DNA of 32,000 nt from Hyperthermus butylicus DSM 5456 (lineage in GTDB: Archaea > Thermoproteota > Thermoprotei_A > Sulfolobales > Pyrodictiaceae), in the NCBI RefSeq assembly GCF_000015145.1, contig NC_008818.1, positions 600,001 to 632,000 of the forward strand, written 5' to 3'. Shown here piece after piece: positions 18,601 to 26,583 of the stretch. Numbering within the stretch: the stretch's first letter is position 1; each line of letters begins with the position of its first letter. The notes under the pieces were generated by a model. That model was given only the letters and a program-made list of their open reading frames with translations, had not been told where the DNA came from and ran no database searches. Made by a program: the position numbers and the translations under genes.

Positions 18601-20063
18601 CTCTCCGGCAGGCCTTCCACCTCTAGCTGCTTGGCCAGCAGCTCGGCGACAATGGCTGTCCTGTTGGCGGCTATGCTCTCCGCGGCCTGGCGGGCAGCTT
18701 CCCGCGCAGCATTGAGCACCTGTAGCTGGCTCTCAACATGCTCTGGCGGCAGCTTGTAGAGGTCTGTCAACGAGCTAACATTCATGGAGGCCTTAACGCC
18801 CTGCAAAGCTCCAAGCCAGGCATCAACAGCTACTGGCAGTACGTAGGTGGCAGTGGCTGGCAGCTCCCCAGCCAGCATGTTGGCTGCGACCCGTGACGCA
18901 GCGGTGTCCGGGTCTACGCCCTGCTCGACCAGCTGCTTCACAGCCTGCCACGCGGCTAGAGCCTCCTCCCGCGGCAGCGGCACCAGTGCCGGATCGATGC
19001 TGGTCAGGTTTGCCGCCTCGGCGTAGGCCTCGTAGCTACCATTGTAGGCTTCGAGATAGAAGTATGCCCTGCTAACCTCCAACAAGGTATAGGTAGCGCA
19101 TCCTCCACCTGGCCAACCAGGGGTCTCGTTGGAGAATAGCGCTGCTAGCTGCCCGGCAGCGAGGGTCAGGTTCCTGTAGAGCCCACTGTAGAACCGATCA
19201 GCCTCCACGAGGCCCAGGGCTGTCTTGTTAAGCTTCGCCGCCAGCTCCAGCAGTTGGCTAGTCGTATCAGCTAGTGCAGCGTCGAGCTGTACCAGGCCGT
19301 TAATGGTCTTGTTCAGCAGGGGTACGAGTTCCAGGAGGCCCTGGTAGGCCCGGGCGTAGCCCCGGTCGGCCTCCACGAGCCCTATGAGGCTCTGGTTGAG
19401 CAGCTCCACCTGCTTAGTCGCGTTCTCCAGCGCTGCAGCATAGGCCTTGTCGAGGCTGTCCAGAGCCTCGTAGAGCTGCAGCGTGCGGCTAGCAGTCTCG
19501 TTGACGGCGGACAACATGGCGGCGTAGAGGGTCTCGTTCAGCCCTGCGAGCATCATCGGGAGCCCAGTGACACCGGTCATGTAGCGGCCGCTGACAGTCT
19601 CGTTGAACGCCTTGCCCCACTCTACGAGCCGGAGAACAGTATCATTATCCAGCAGGTCCACGCCAGTAACAACAATGACACCCACACCATCACTGCTACC
19701 CAGCTTCTCGAGGAGCTTCGACGCGTTCATAGCCTCACTATTCTCCGGCAGCGTGTACTGCCGCTCCTCAACAATACTGCCAAGCTTAGCGAAGAGCGGG
19801 AGCGCGACAAGCGCCACTACCAGCCAGACAGCGATAACCACGATGGGCCTCCTAGCTATGAACCCGGCAACACCCATGCAACCCACCCGACCAGTCGGCA
19901 GCCGATATATCTGCGGTACATATAAATTGTTTCCTAGAACATCCAACCAGTAGGCCACAGCTAAAACAACAGCCAAGAAACAGAGAATGCGGTACACACA
20001 GCGGCCAGACAAGCCGCACAGAAAACGAGACCATGAATGCGCGTCAGCAAAAACCGGCAACAT
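15624..20063 (-). CDS. MMPL/RND-superfamily membrane protein with about 850-aa helical, N-glycosylation-sequon-rich ectodomain
   Basis: 1479-aa track ORF. It has two MMPL-type TM bundles with hallmark loops (GLGADYAGYIVHRFREEY and GVGMDYNSFYLARALEEY). The likely true start is ATG 19877 (MGVAGFIARRPIVVIAVWLV...), which is preceded by GGTG and by a TATA box about 46 nt upstream. Confidence 0.85.
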   Translation of the reverse strand: MLPVFADAHSWSRFLCGLSGRCVYRILCFLAVVLAVAYWLDVLGNNLYVPQIYRLPTGRVGCMGVAGFIARRPIVVIAVWLVVALVALPLFAKLGSIVEERQYTLPENSEAMNASKLLEKLGSSDGVGVIVVTGVDLLDNDTVLRLVEWGKAFNETVSGRYMTGVTGLPMMLAGLNETLYAAMLSAVNETASRTLQLYEALDSLDKAYAAALENATKQVELLNQSLIGLVEADRGYARAYQGLLELVPLLNKTINGLVQLDAALADTTSQLLELAAKLNKTALGLVEADRFYSGLYRNLTLAAGQLAALFSNETPGWPGGGCATYTLLEVSRAYFYLEAYNGSYEAYAEAANLTSIDPALVPLPREEALAAWQAVKQLVEQGVDPDTAASRVAANMLAGELPATATYVLPVAVDAWLGALQGVKASMNVSSLTDLYKLPPEHVESQLQVLNAAREAARQAAESIAANRTAIVAELLAKQLEVEGLPESIAEQLAAKAAQGALEPLDAALVVAGRAAEEMGLPANATELLARVLVEADPAASLALASSPDKAVEAAAKLLEAFGVPGDAVEAAKRILQEGAMDRRVAAREAVQLLAGEVPAEAKQLLQVLPRYDPEAEGLLAANKTLAAMAAGDIVYEQMTEMGQAILPRYVVTQLSLLVAEGAAEPGQLRKIALSIVENAVAAEAGEERAKLIAAALERFDPDASGRIASNTTLALEAVAWMAEQQGLSLPFTVGELREMLESREALRRTMAEILKEEAVENAPEEAKPLLEKLADIVAVEGPGIPEERKWSIVEKLVREAAAGKMAGAAFEGFEVPDWLADATIELGVKVARGELAAETAAGQLAERLLLEAVYPRLLNETRGLLVASDYNGFLVMGTPLGDTGEERADNTVEAGRTAEELLKELGISYERAYVSGNDLLLKQVKEYAGRDAEKTSKFSELGTFIVLLVILESLFAVILPYIGIFLGLAVGGALVYIAASMGWIEVSSTTQSLMIATALGLGADYAGYIVHRFREEYARLQDPREAARRALERAGPAVVASALTVIIGFGSLMLGWEIGFLSNIGETIPITVAATAAASLTLVPALLSLFGGRSWFWWPRRPSIERLGRESRLMRTLIRYEPIVLAVILAAMIGSAYFYVTFKGSHDMKLLLPDGAPALQAFDVLREEFTPGITDPVYVVAVLPESIWESNTTAKMLDELAAKLAEVPGVAKVISPTQLASSAAVFGQTAGMMGGLVSSDGRIAVVQVMLSVDPYSSEGEKAIEKVHEIAHSYAEQHGFKVYVGGAPYAVLEMDDILHRVYYRRILPAASLLMIAVFTGIFGSLVASIAALLVIIGSAMMGIAASVILFQDLLGKPVLWFLHIVSMAAVLGVGMDYNSFYLARALEEYHRGGGDAKKAVARAAGAVSTFIVGLAFVVTSAYLALLSASNIGMREMGFTLAVTVLLAGLMAAYLLTPLVISMLGRHAWWPWGLRRRISH
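19919..19928 (-). promoter_or_regulatory. TATA-like box (minus strand caatTTATATg) for the MMPL gene
   Basis: Forward catataaatt at 19919-19928, inside an AT-rich patch about 46 nt upstream of ATG 19877. This argues against the upstream track start at 20063. Confidence 0.35.
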
Positions 20064-20181
20064 AGCGATAACATTCTAGCAGCCGGAGATACTCTCCAAG
20101 GCATCCTGCTAGGGCTGCCAGTTCTGCGATGCATGATGTGCATACAAGGGCTCCTGGGACCGGAGGCGGAGCTTGCTGGGA

Positions 20182-21036
20182 CTAGCTTATTTTGAGCATT
20201 CTGGCCAAGTTTTCGGCTTGCCTATAGCCTTTCTCCCTTGCTTCTTTGAGCAGTACTGGGTTATATATGCCTAGTTCTCGTAGTACGTGTTTTGCATATC
20301 CTCGTGGGTAGATTGTTGCCACGTTGTCGTCTCGCGTGTTGCAGCTCCCTCTTCCATCCAGAATCGCTGCTGCTAGGTAGTCTGCGGCTGCGAGTAAGCC
20401 GGTTAGAATCGAGGTCGCCGCCGATAATGCTGGCTGTTTCTTCTCTAAAAATGTAAGTCTCCTTCTCACTCTTGCCTCTGCCTCCAGCGGGTTTGGAGGC
20501 GGTGCTGTGTCTGCGAGTTCTCGGAGAGTAGCTGCCACGGTTGCTGCAAGACTGCCTGCACTGTCTAGCTCTTCAGCTAGGGCTTTGAGGCTGCTACCGT
20601 CCAAGCCATCTATTTTTCCTTGTTTCGCTGCTGCCCGGCATGCTGCTAGGCTCCTCATACCGTGGTGATGTCTTAGTACTGCTGCAGCAGCAACAGCTGA
20701 TAGTAATTCTACTTTAGACCTGCTAGGCTCTACTAGCTGTAGTATAACGTCTAGGGTCTCCATTGCAACCCAGCTCCCAGCCAGCTCGTGGCATGTGAAG
20801 CGAGGGTAGCACCTAGCCACGGTCTCCTGGTACCTTTCAGCCGCCTTACCAGCATCGTGTAGTAGTGCTGCCACGGCAGATGCCAGCATGAGTGTGTCTT
20901 GGTCCAAGCCAAGCCTTAGGGCTGTGACCCGGAGCTCGCGGTGAAAGAGGCCTAGCATGAGTCCTAGAGTGTTTATGCTGTGGTCGCGGAGCCTTACACC
21001 AATCCAGGCATATAAGGCCATGATTTGCACCTTCAT
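20182..21036 (-). CDS. cas3: Cas3'' HD-domain nuclease (type I-A split Cas3)
   Basis: 284-aa track ORF with the HD motif in AVAALLHDAGKAAERYQ and further His/Asp residues (FTCHELAG, LRHHHG). It starts 7 nt after the cas3' helicase gene, as the last gene of the I-A operon. Confidence 0.85.
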   Translation of the reverse strand: MKVQIMALYAWIGVRLRDHSINTLGLMLGLFHRELRVTALRLGLDQDTLMLASAVAALLHDAGKAAERYQETVARCYPRFTCHELAGSWVAMETLDVILQLVEPSRSKVELLSAVAAAAVLRHHHGMRSLAACRAAAKQGKIDGLDGSSLKALAEELDSAGSLAATVAATLRELADTAPPPNPLEAEARVRRRLTFLEKKQPALSAATSILTGLLAAADYLAAAILDGRGSCNTRDDNVATIYPRGYAKHVLRELGIYNPVLLKEAREKGYRQAENLARMLKIS

Positions 21037-21043
21037 GTGTTGG

Positions 21044-22796
21044 TTAGAGTGTTTTGAGGCCTATGCCCGGTGTGTACGCGTCTTCTCGCAGTGCTAGAGC
21101 TATAGTGTGGAGCCTTGCACCGGTGTCCTTGGAAAGGTTCTCTAGGAGCTTGTAATACGTTCTTAGGTAGCTACTGCAGTTGGCTAGCATTGCTTCTACA
21201 TCTCTAGCTGGGGCTTGGGCTTCAACTACTTCGGGTTCTTCGCCGGCGTATCCAATACCTATAACGTTGCAGATGCCGTTGCTGCAGTTTAATAGACTCT
21301 TCCACCTCCCCCTGGCGCGTAGCCAGTCTAGTGGTGCTTCAAGAAAGTCGTAGCCCTCGTTAAGTGGGGCTGCGAGGTGTACCAGGGCGGTGCCCCGGAC
21401 TAGGCTGCAGAACTGCTCGATGAGCATGCGTGCTGGCCTGGGGTCACCGAGGGCTGAAGCCACCACGTTGGCTAGGAGCCTCCTGTAGGCTAGTAGCTTT
21501 GCTCTTGGCTGCTCTACTTCCAGGCCTACAGCTTCATGGGCTTCTACGAGGTGGCGGAAGCTCTTCCTCCCACCATTATCGTCTAGTAGCCTCCACTCTA
21601 TCCCGACTCGCCGTGCTTCCACGAGCTGCTTTACAGTCTTCACCGTCTCCACTGCTATGCTGCCGTAGGGGTGTAGTGTGTTGGGAACGTATATGGCTAC
21701 TATGGGTGGGTCACTGCGGCATTTCTCCGCTGTTCTCTGGCTCCTACAGAGCCTTCCCGCGCGCTGGGCTAGGCTGCTGGGTGCCGCAGCCTCTGTAACC
21801 AGGACCTCAGCGTCAACGTCTACACCGGCTTCTACGACCTGCGTGGCAACGACGACTTTTGCTCTCTCTATCTTCTTGATAGCCTCCTCCCTGTCCCTCT
21901 GGGCTAACCGCCCGTGAACAAGTACCACGTTCTCCTCGCCAAGCATGGCGCGCAGCTCTCGGTAGGTCTTCAGGGCTGACCCCACGGTGTTGACAGCGTA
22001 TAGCACCTTGCGCCCAGCTTCAGCATGATCTACCGCTAAGCGTATAGCCTCGCTTGAGGTCTTGAGGATGACTGTTTTCCAGTCAAACATGTTCTCCTCC
22101 TCGAACGCGGTATCGGGAATGCATTTCCAGCCTTTGCCGCAGCGGTTGCAGCTCCTGCAGACTGCCAGCACAGTGGCACCAGTGGTGGCTGCAATACTCT
22201 CCGTCAGCTTGGTAGACATAGTGGCGGTCTCCACAACCACTGGTGTACGGGTATCCCTCAGTATGGGGAGTACCGTTGAGAGGTATAGGCGTGAGAACGG
22301 AGTCTCCCCCTCTAGCCAGGGCTCAGCGTAAAGGTGAGCTTCGTCGAAGACTACTAGGGAGGTTAATATCGAAGCCCGTGGAAGCTCATAGTGGCCTTCA
22401 AGCCTCCTCATCTCGTAGCCGGTGAGTACCAGTGATAGCTCTGCCACGGGGAGTCTTGCAAGGTTTAACGCAAAGCTGTCAAGAGTCGAGACCACAGCTC
22501 TACGGAGCATAAATGGGCTATAGCCCTCAGGGTCAAGGCTTAGACCCGGCAAGATAGCCAGCATCTCGGCCAAGGATGCCGCGGAGGTATTCGTACTGCT
22601 GCCTCACAAGGGCTCTCAGAGGGAGGACGTGCACCGCCCTAGCTGCTATCCCCGCCTTCTCCGCCTCCTCCAGGAGCAATGGAAGAGACTTACTCTTACC
22701 GTACCCGGTGGGCGCTACCAGAACCGCATTGCTGCCCCTCCGCACCTCACCAGCAAGCTCGCTGATGCCCCTCCGCAGGGGTAGCACAGCCCGCAT
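21044..22796 (-). CDS. cas3: Cas3' SF2 helicase (type I-A), split into two ORFs by a frameshift near 22565-22580
   Basis: Track ORF 22533..22796 carries motif I (VLVAPTGYGKS) and Ia (VLPLRALV). Track ORF 21044..22573 carries motif II (VVFDEAHLY), III (ETATMS) and VI (QRAGRLCR). The two frames overlap over 22533-22603 and differ by 1 nt. Confidence 0.85.
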
Positions 22797-22807
22797 AGCC
22801 TCCCAGC

Positions 22808-23935
22808 CTAGCCTCCCACAACTATTTCCCGGGTGCCACTGGCCTGCGCTAGGCTAGCCGCGATACCCGACAGCAAACTCTTCGACCGGCTGCACTCACG
22901 GCTCTCTGCTGCACCACGTAGCAGGCGTGCACAGTCGTAGACGTAGATGTTGTTGGCGGTTACAGTGTAGAGGTAGAGCTTCTGTACACACTGGCCTAGT
23001 GCTACATAGCCCGGATCCCGGTCTCCCCCACCGCAAACACCGCCTCTCAGGGTTCGTAGGAGCGCATGTGCCAGCTCTACTAGTGGGCGGCTGCCAAGCA
23101 TGCATAGGGGCTCGGAGAAGCCTAAGGGGAACATCGTGTTCAGCATCGCCCTATTCCCAGCCTCTGTAACGGATGCAGCGTATAGCAGGTCCAGCTCTGA
23201 GGCTCCACATGCAGCACCTGGCTCGAAGTCTAGGAGCTCCGCTATCACTGCCGAGCCGTAGAGTATGAGGAGGGTGTCAATGCTCGCTGGCAGCTTCTCT
23301 ACGCCCCTAGAGCCGAGAAGCGCGCCTATAGGGTTTAGCCGGCCATCCTCCCAGCGGAGGACTAGGGTTAGGTAGAGGCTGCCAATGGGGTCCAAATCCT
23401 GGACACCTACCTCCGGTGGTGGGACCAGGTAGAAGCCTGTATCACCTATACGGCCCACCTTTGATAGGAGCCCGCCTATCAGCGCTAGGATGTAGCCATG
23501 GATGCTTATCTTTGAGCCTCCAGCTGCCTTCTGCTGGCCGCCAAGCATGCGGCGGGGATACTCAAACATGTTCAGCTTCATCATCATTGCTGCTGTCAGG
23601 GTCTGATTGTAGTCGGCTGAGAGTCTCCCATCCCTCAGCATCGCTACCAGCTGCTCTGCCGCATCAATCCACCGGGTCACCTTGGCTCCCAGAAGGTTCT
23701 TGAGGGGCCTCCAGTCGTTGCCAAAGAACCTTGGCGGGTAGACTAGCTTCTCGTCCAGAAGCTGCCTAGCAACATCCCATGCTGAGAGAACCAGGTGCCT
23801 ATAGTCCTCGTAGCTTCTAAACTCGACACCCTCCCAGCTAATCCTCACAATCTTACCCGGGTCAAGGCTTAGCGCTAGTAGCTGGAATCCCCTGCCGAGC
23901 CAACCCGGAGGAAACAGCTCAACAATGAATGGCAT
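22808..23935 (-). CDS. cas8a2: probable Cas8a2/Csa4 large subunit (type I-A)
   Basis: 375-aa track ORF between cas5 and cas3' in the same operon (gaps of 13 and 11 nt). Its size fits Csa4-family proteins. The assignment rests on position and size only; I recognise no diagnostic motif. Confidence 0.55.
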   Translation of the reverse strand: MPFIVELFPPGWLGRGFQLLALSLDPGKIVRISWEGVEFRSYEDYRHLVLSAWDVARQLLDEKLVYPPRFFGNDWRPLKNLLGAKVTRWIDAAEQLVAMLRDGRLSADYNQTLTAAMMMKLNMFEYPRRMLGGQQKAAGGSKISIHGYILALIGGLLSKVGRIGDTGFYLVPPPEVGVQDLDPIGSLYLTLVLRWEDGRLNPIGALLGSRGVEKLPASIDTLLILYGSAVIAELLDFEPGAACGASELDLLYAASVTEAGNRAMLNTMFPLGFSEPLCMLGSRPLVELAHALLRTLRGGVCGGGDRDPGYVALGQCVQKLYLYTVTANNIYVYDCARLLRGAAESRECSRSKSLLSGIAASLAQASGTREIVVGG

Positions 23936-23948
23936 GTACCCACCCCTG

Positions 23949-24782
23949 CTACCTCCCTGCTACGCATAACGGCTTGGATGGGTGGCAGTAGACGCGGCTT
24001 CTTGGACTAAACCCTGGGAGCTCCGTGGAGGGCGGGGGAAGGAGTATCGAAGATGTTGAGGAGGCTGCTGCCGGTATGTGGTAGAGAATGTAGTCTGGGA
24101 TTGCCTCGCCGCCACAGAGTAGCTTGGGGTCAAGCCTCCACATGTAGATGTCTCTGATGAGTTCCACCTTCGAGAAGGGCTCTACAAGGCCTCCCTCCTG
24201 GTAGAGTATTGTCTCGAAGACGCCGCCCGTGAGTGTCACGGGTTCCACAGCCTCTGCATGGATGACCGATACTAGCCCCTCCTTGGAGCCAAGCCTCCAT
24301 CCGGCCCAGGCGAGAGCCGAGATGATCGACTCTACAGTCTCGCCGAGCTTGCGGGATAACCCTTCAACGTCAACGACCAGTGCCAGGTAGAGGCGTGCAG
24401 CGGGACCATATGCCGCCCCCACCGCCTGGGCTGCGAATGCCAGCTTCTCCCAGCCAGTCTTCCTCCTACGTTGGTATGGTAATGTAGCCACGTGCGATAA
24501 ATCACTATGAACTACCAGGCCGCTCCTACTATCAGAATTCAAGCCTGCTGAGGCTGCGAGCGTGTGCTCTGCTAGTAGCGCTGCGGGGCTACAGGGGCGC
24601 TTCGCTGGAAACCCCCTGTACTCTGCTAGGCCGAGGAGCCTTGCGAGGGGTTCAGCGTAGAAGCCAACAATTGTTGTTGGTGGTGGTATGGGTAGGGCGG
24701 GCTGGGCAGCTGAAGCCCCAGCGTAGCGTACGCTAAACCCCCATGCAAGCTCTACCTTAGATACCAGCATTAGGGGCTTCAA
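23949..24782 (-). CDS. cas5: Cas5a (type I-A)
   Basis: 277-aa track ORF (TTG start). The N-terminal Cas5 pattern is ...LAWGFSVRYAGASAAQPALPIPPPTTIVGFYAEPLARLLG. Its start overlaps the cas7 stop as TTGA. Confidence 0.8.
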   Translation of the reverse strand: MKPLMLVSKVELAWGFSVRYAGASAAQPALPIPPPTTIVGFYAEPLARLLGLAEYRGFPAKRPCSPAALLAEHTLAASAGLNSDSRSGLVVHSDLSHVATLPYQRRRKTGWEKLAFAAQAVGAAYGPAARLYLALVVDVEGLSRKLGETVESIISALAWAGWRLGSKEGLVSVIHAEAVEPVTLTGGVFETILYQEGGLVEPFSKVELIRDIYMWRLDPKLLCGGEAIPDYILYHIPAAASSTSSILLPPPSTELPGFSPRSRVYCHPSKPLCVAGR

Positions 24783-25816
24783 GACTTGCCCCTCAGCAGC
24801 TCCAACGTCTCCTCCTTAGCGCGTCTAATAGCCTCGAGATAGCTGCCAACCTTCTCAACGCTTACATTATTGCAGCCCTCGGGCTCCATCAGACCTTCGC
24901 CATTATAGTAAACTATGCTGGCCTTGAAGCCCTTCACAACAGAGGTCATAGCGCATGCCCGCTCTACTGTCTCCCTAGCGTAGTTCTTATCGTGGCCCGG
25001 TGACACGTTGAAGGGTAGTGGCTGCGATACCGAGGCTACGAGGCTTAGTATCTTCCAGTGGGGCTGGAACCTGGAGGTCTTTGCGCCCCATGCCATTCCG
25101 CCGAGCAGTGCTGCTAGAGCGTCGAAGGCTGCCTCTACACGCTTAAGCCTATCCTCAAGAGATAGTATGTACTCGTTCCTGCTACTGGCGCCCTCATTCT
25201 CCATGCTCCTAGCTCCCACGCCCGAGGCGTCGAGAGCGAAGCTGAACACGTAGACGGCACTGCCAATCTCAACGTAGTATATTGCCTGCTCCTCCTGCTT
25301 TGCACCGGGCGAGTACCTTACATGGAACTGGGCTTCTGTAGCTGCTGCACCAGCCTCGAGGGCGTCCAGCGCTGGAACCATGTAGCCTACGCGGAATCTT
25401 GAAGTCCTTTTTACCGTCTTGTCCGTGTACAGGAACCCACCAACATCCTCTACAACACAGTTCTTGACTACGTACTCTTCAGCATCGGTTCCTGTCTTAA
25501 ACTTGTTCTTAGCACCATCGATTCCGTCATACTTCTTAAAGACATCATCATTAGCGTGCTTTAGGAATACGCCTTGACTGCAAGCACTGCAGACCGGTAG
25601 CCCCCTCTGGATAGCTATATCGGCTAGGAGCTTCTGGTAGTGATGTGCTAGGCTCTCACCACTGATAACCGGCACGTAGCGCAGCACGAACCCATTGTCT
25701 GTACGGAGCACCACAGGAGCACGACGATGTCTGACAACGTTGCCTACGCTCTCAGCCATGTTGAGTGCTTCGAGGTTTACGAGTATGCGGGCCGAGAGGG
25801 AGAAGAACACGGGCAT
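24779..25816 (-). CDS. cas7: Cas7 / Csa2 backbone subunit (type I-A)
   Basis: 345-aa track ORF. The N-terminus LSARILVNLEALNMAESVGNVVRHRRAPVV matches the Csa2 hallmark (vn.eaLN..e..GN...hr). Length and operon position are typical. Confidence 0.9.
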   Translation of the reverse strand: MPVFFSLSARILVNLEALNMAESVGNVVRHRRAPVVLRTDNGFVLRYVPVISGESLAHHYQKLLADIAIQRGLPVCSACSQGVFLKHANDDVFKKYDGIDGAKNKFKTGTDAEEYVVKNCVVEDVGGFLYTDKTVKRTSRFRVGYMVPALDALEAGAAATEAQFHVRYSPGAKQEEQAIYYVEIGSAVYVFSFALDASGVGARSMENEGASSRNEYILSLEDRLKRVEAAFDALAALLGGMAWGAKTSRFQPHWKILSLVASVSQPLPFNVSPGHDKNYARETVERACAMTSVVKGFKASIVYYNGEGLMEPEGCNNVSVEKVGSYLEAIRRAKEETLELLRGKS

Positions 25817-25838
25817 CTGGCCCTCACCCCCCGTGAGC

Positions 25839-26174
25839 CTATCTTCCGAGCGCGAGTATGGCAGCTGTACGGGCTAGACGGAGCCCTTCCTCAGCCCTAT
25901 GGCTGTCGAGGAGCAGTTCTGTGATCTTCTCAACTTCATACCTGGCCTTCTCAACCAGCTCCTCCGCGTTGTTTGGGCATTTCTTATCTGGGCTCTCGCT
26001 TAGGCAGCTACTCCTAAACACGCGGAGAGCATCATATAGTGCAGCTAGGGCCTGGTCTGGACTCAGCGCGTTAGCTATACGGTCCAACACGCCGAACTGT
26101 CTGGTCCTCGCGAAGAAGGAGAGGAGTTCGGGGAGCCGGTAGAGGCGGTGCTGTTCATGCAAGTGTCCTGCCAC
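25839..26174 (-). CDS. csa5: Csa5 small subunit (Cas11a), type I-A
   Basis: 111-aa helical track ORF (GTG start). It is the first gene of the operon, directly upstream of cas7, which is the usual Csa5 position. The call rests on position and size. Confidence 0.6.
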   Translation of the reverse strand: MAGHLHEQHRLYRLPELLSFFARTRQFGVLDRIANALSPDQALAALYDALRVFRSSCLSESPDKKCPNNAEELVEKARYEVEKITELLLDSHRAEEGLRLARTAAILALGR

Positions 26175-26196
26175 CAGCCTACTGCTTATGCTTTTT

Positions 26197-26250
26197 GCAC
26201 AAACTTAAACGCTACTCCTATGACGTTCACGTTTAAGTAGAAAGTTTGCG
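26197..26250. promoter_or_regulatory. nested inverted repeats overlapping the csa5-operon TATA box
   Basis: The inner 9-bp inverted repeat is ACTTAAACG (26203-26211) / CGTTTAAGT (26230-26238) with an 18-nt spacer. The outer inverted pair is AAGTTTGTG (minus strand, 26206-26198) and AAGTTTGCG (26242-26250). On the minus strand, cgTTTAAGtttgtgc lies about 29-35 nt upstream of the csa5 GTG (26174), so it is TATA-like. Confidence 0.45.
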
Positions 26251-26325
26251 GTATGAGAAGATGTGATAATACTTAGGACTACGTCAATTATGTACCATAA
26301 TATAGAAACATGTCAGCATAGCTGG

Positions 26326-26347
26326 AAAGAGGCTCCAGGCCTTTTTT
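26326..26347 (+). terminator. hairpin plus T6 tract in the AT-rich cas intergenic region
   Basis: aaagaggc-tccag-gccttttt forms up to 8 bp (26326-26333 with 26339-26346) and runs into a T6 tract (26342-26347). This has the shape of an intrinsic terminator, and oligo-T alone is a known archaeal termination signal. Confidence 0.3.
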
Positions 26348-26515
26348 GGATAGCTGAACGCGGCATTATGCACAATACTACTGTGCTATGTATATGTGGA
26401 GGCAGTGACTTAGGAATCATACCATAGGAACCTAGCTGATAAGTATGGAATTAGTTGAAGGTGGATGTGGTTCCAAGTTTGCGACCTATTCTAGCATCTG
26501 TTATGGATTCGAATA

Positions 26516-26542
26516 ACCTGTTCATCTGCTGTGAACAGGTTT
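26516..26542. promoter_or_regulatory. 10-bp perfect inverted repeat AACCTGTTCA-N7-TGAACAGGTT upstream of csa3
   Basis: Read directly. It ends 17 nt upstream of a TATA-like ttatata (26559-26565) that precedes the csa3 start (26584 TTG or 26623 ATG). Confidence 0.4.
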
Positions 26543-26583
26543 CATACCCAGGAAAGCTTATATAGAGTTGATAGGGGAGGTAG

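Noticed and set aside
17590-18759. Two long plus-strand ORFs (189 and 198 aa), Ser/Ala/Pro-rich, plus several others antisense to the MMPL gene
   Set aside because: They are the antisense shadow of the GC- and Ala-rich (GCN codon) ectodomain coding region. Their composition is low-complexity, with no motifs, starts or promoters.
26175-26583. The AT-rich cas intergenic region as a CRISPR leader/array or a replication-origin-like element
   Set aside because: There are no direct repeats of 24-37 nt at regular spacing and no recognisable ORB-type repeats. Only short palindromes and a 9-mer motif are present, and these are reported separately.
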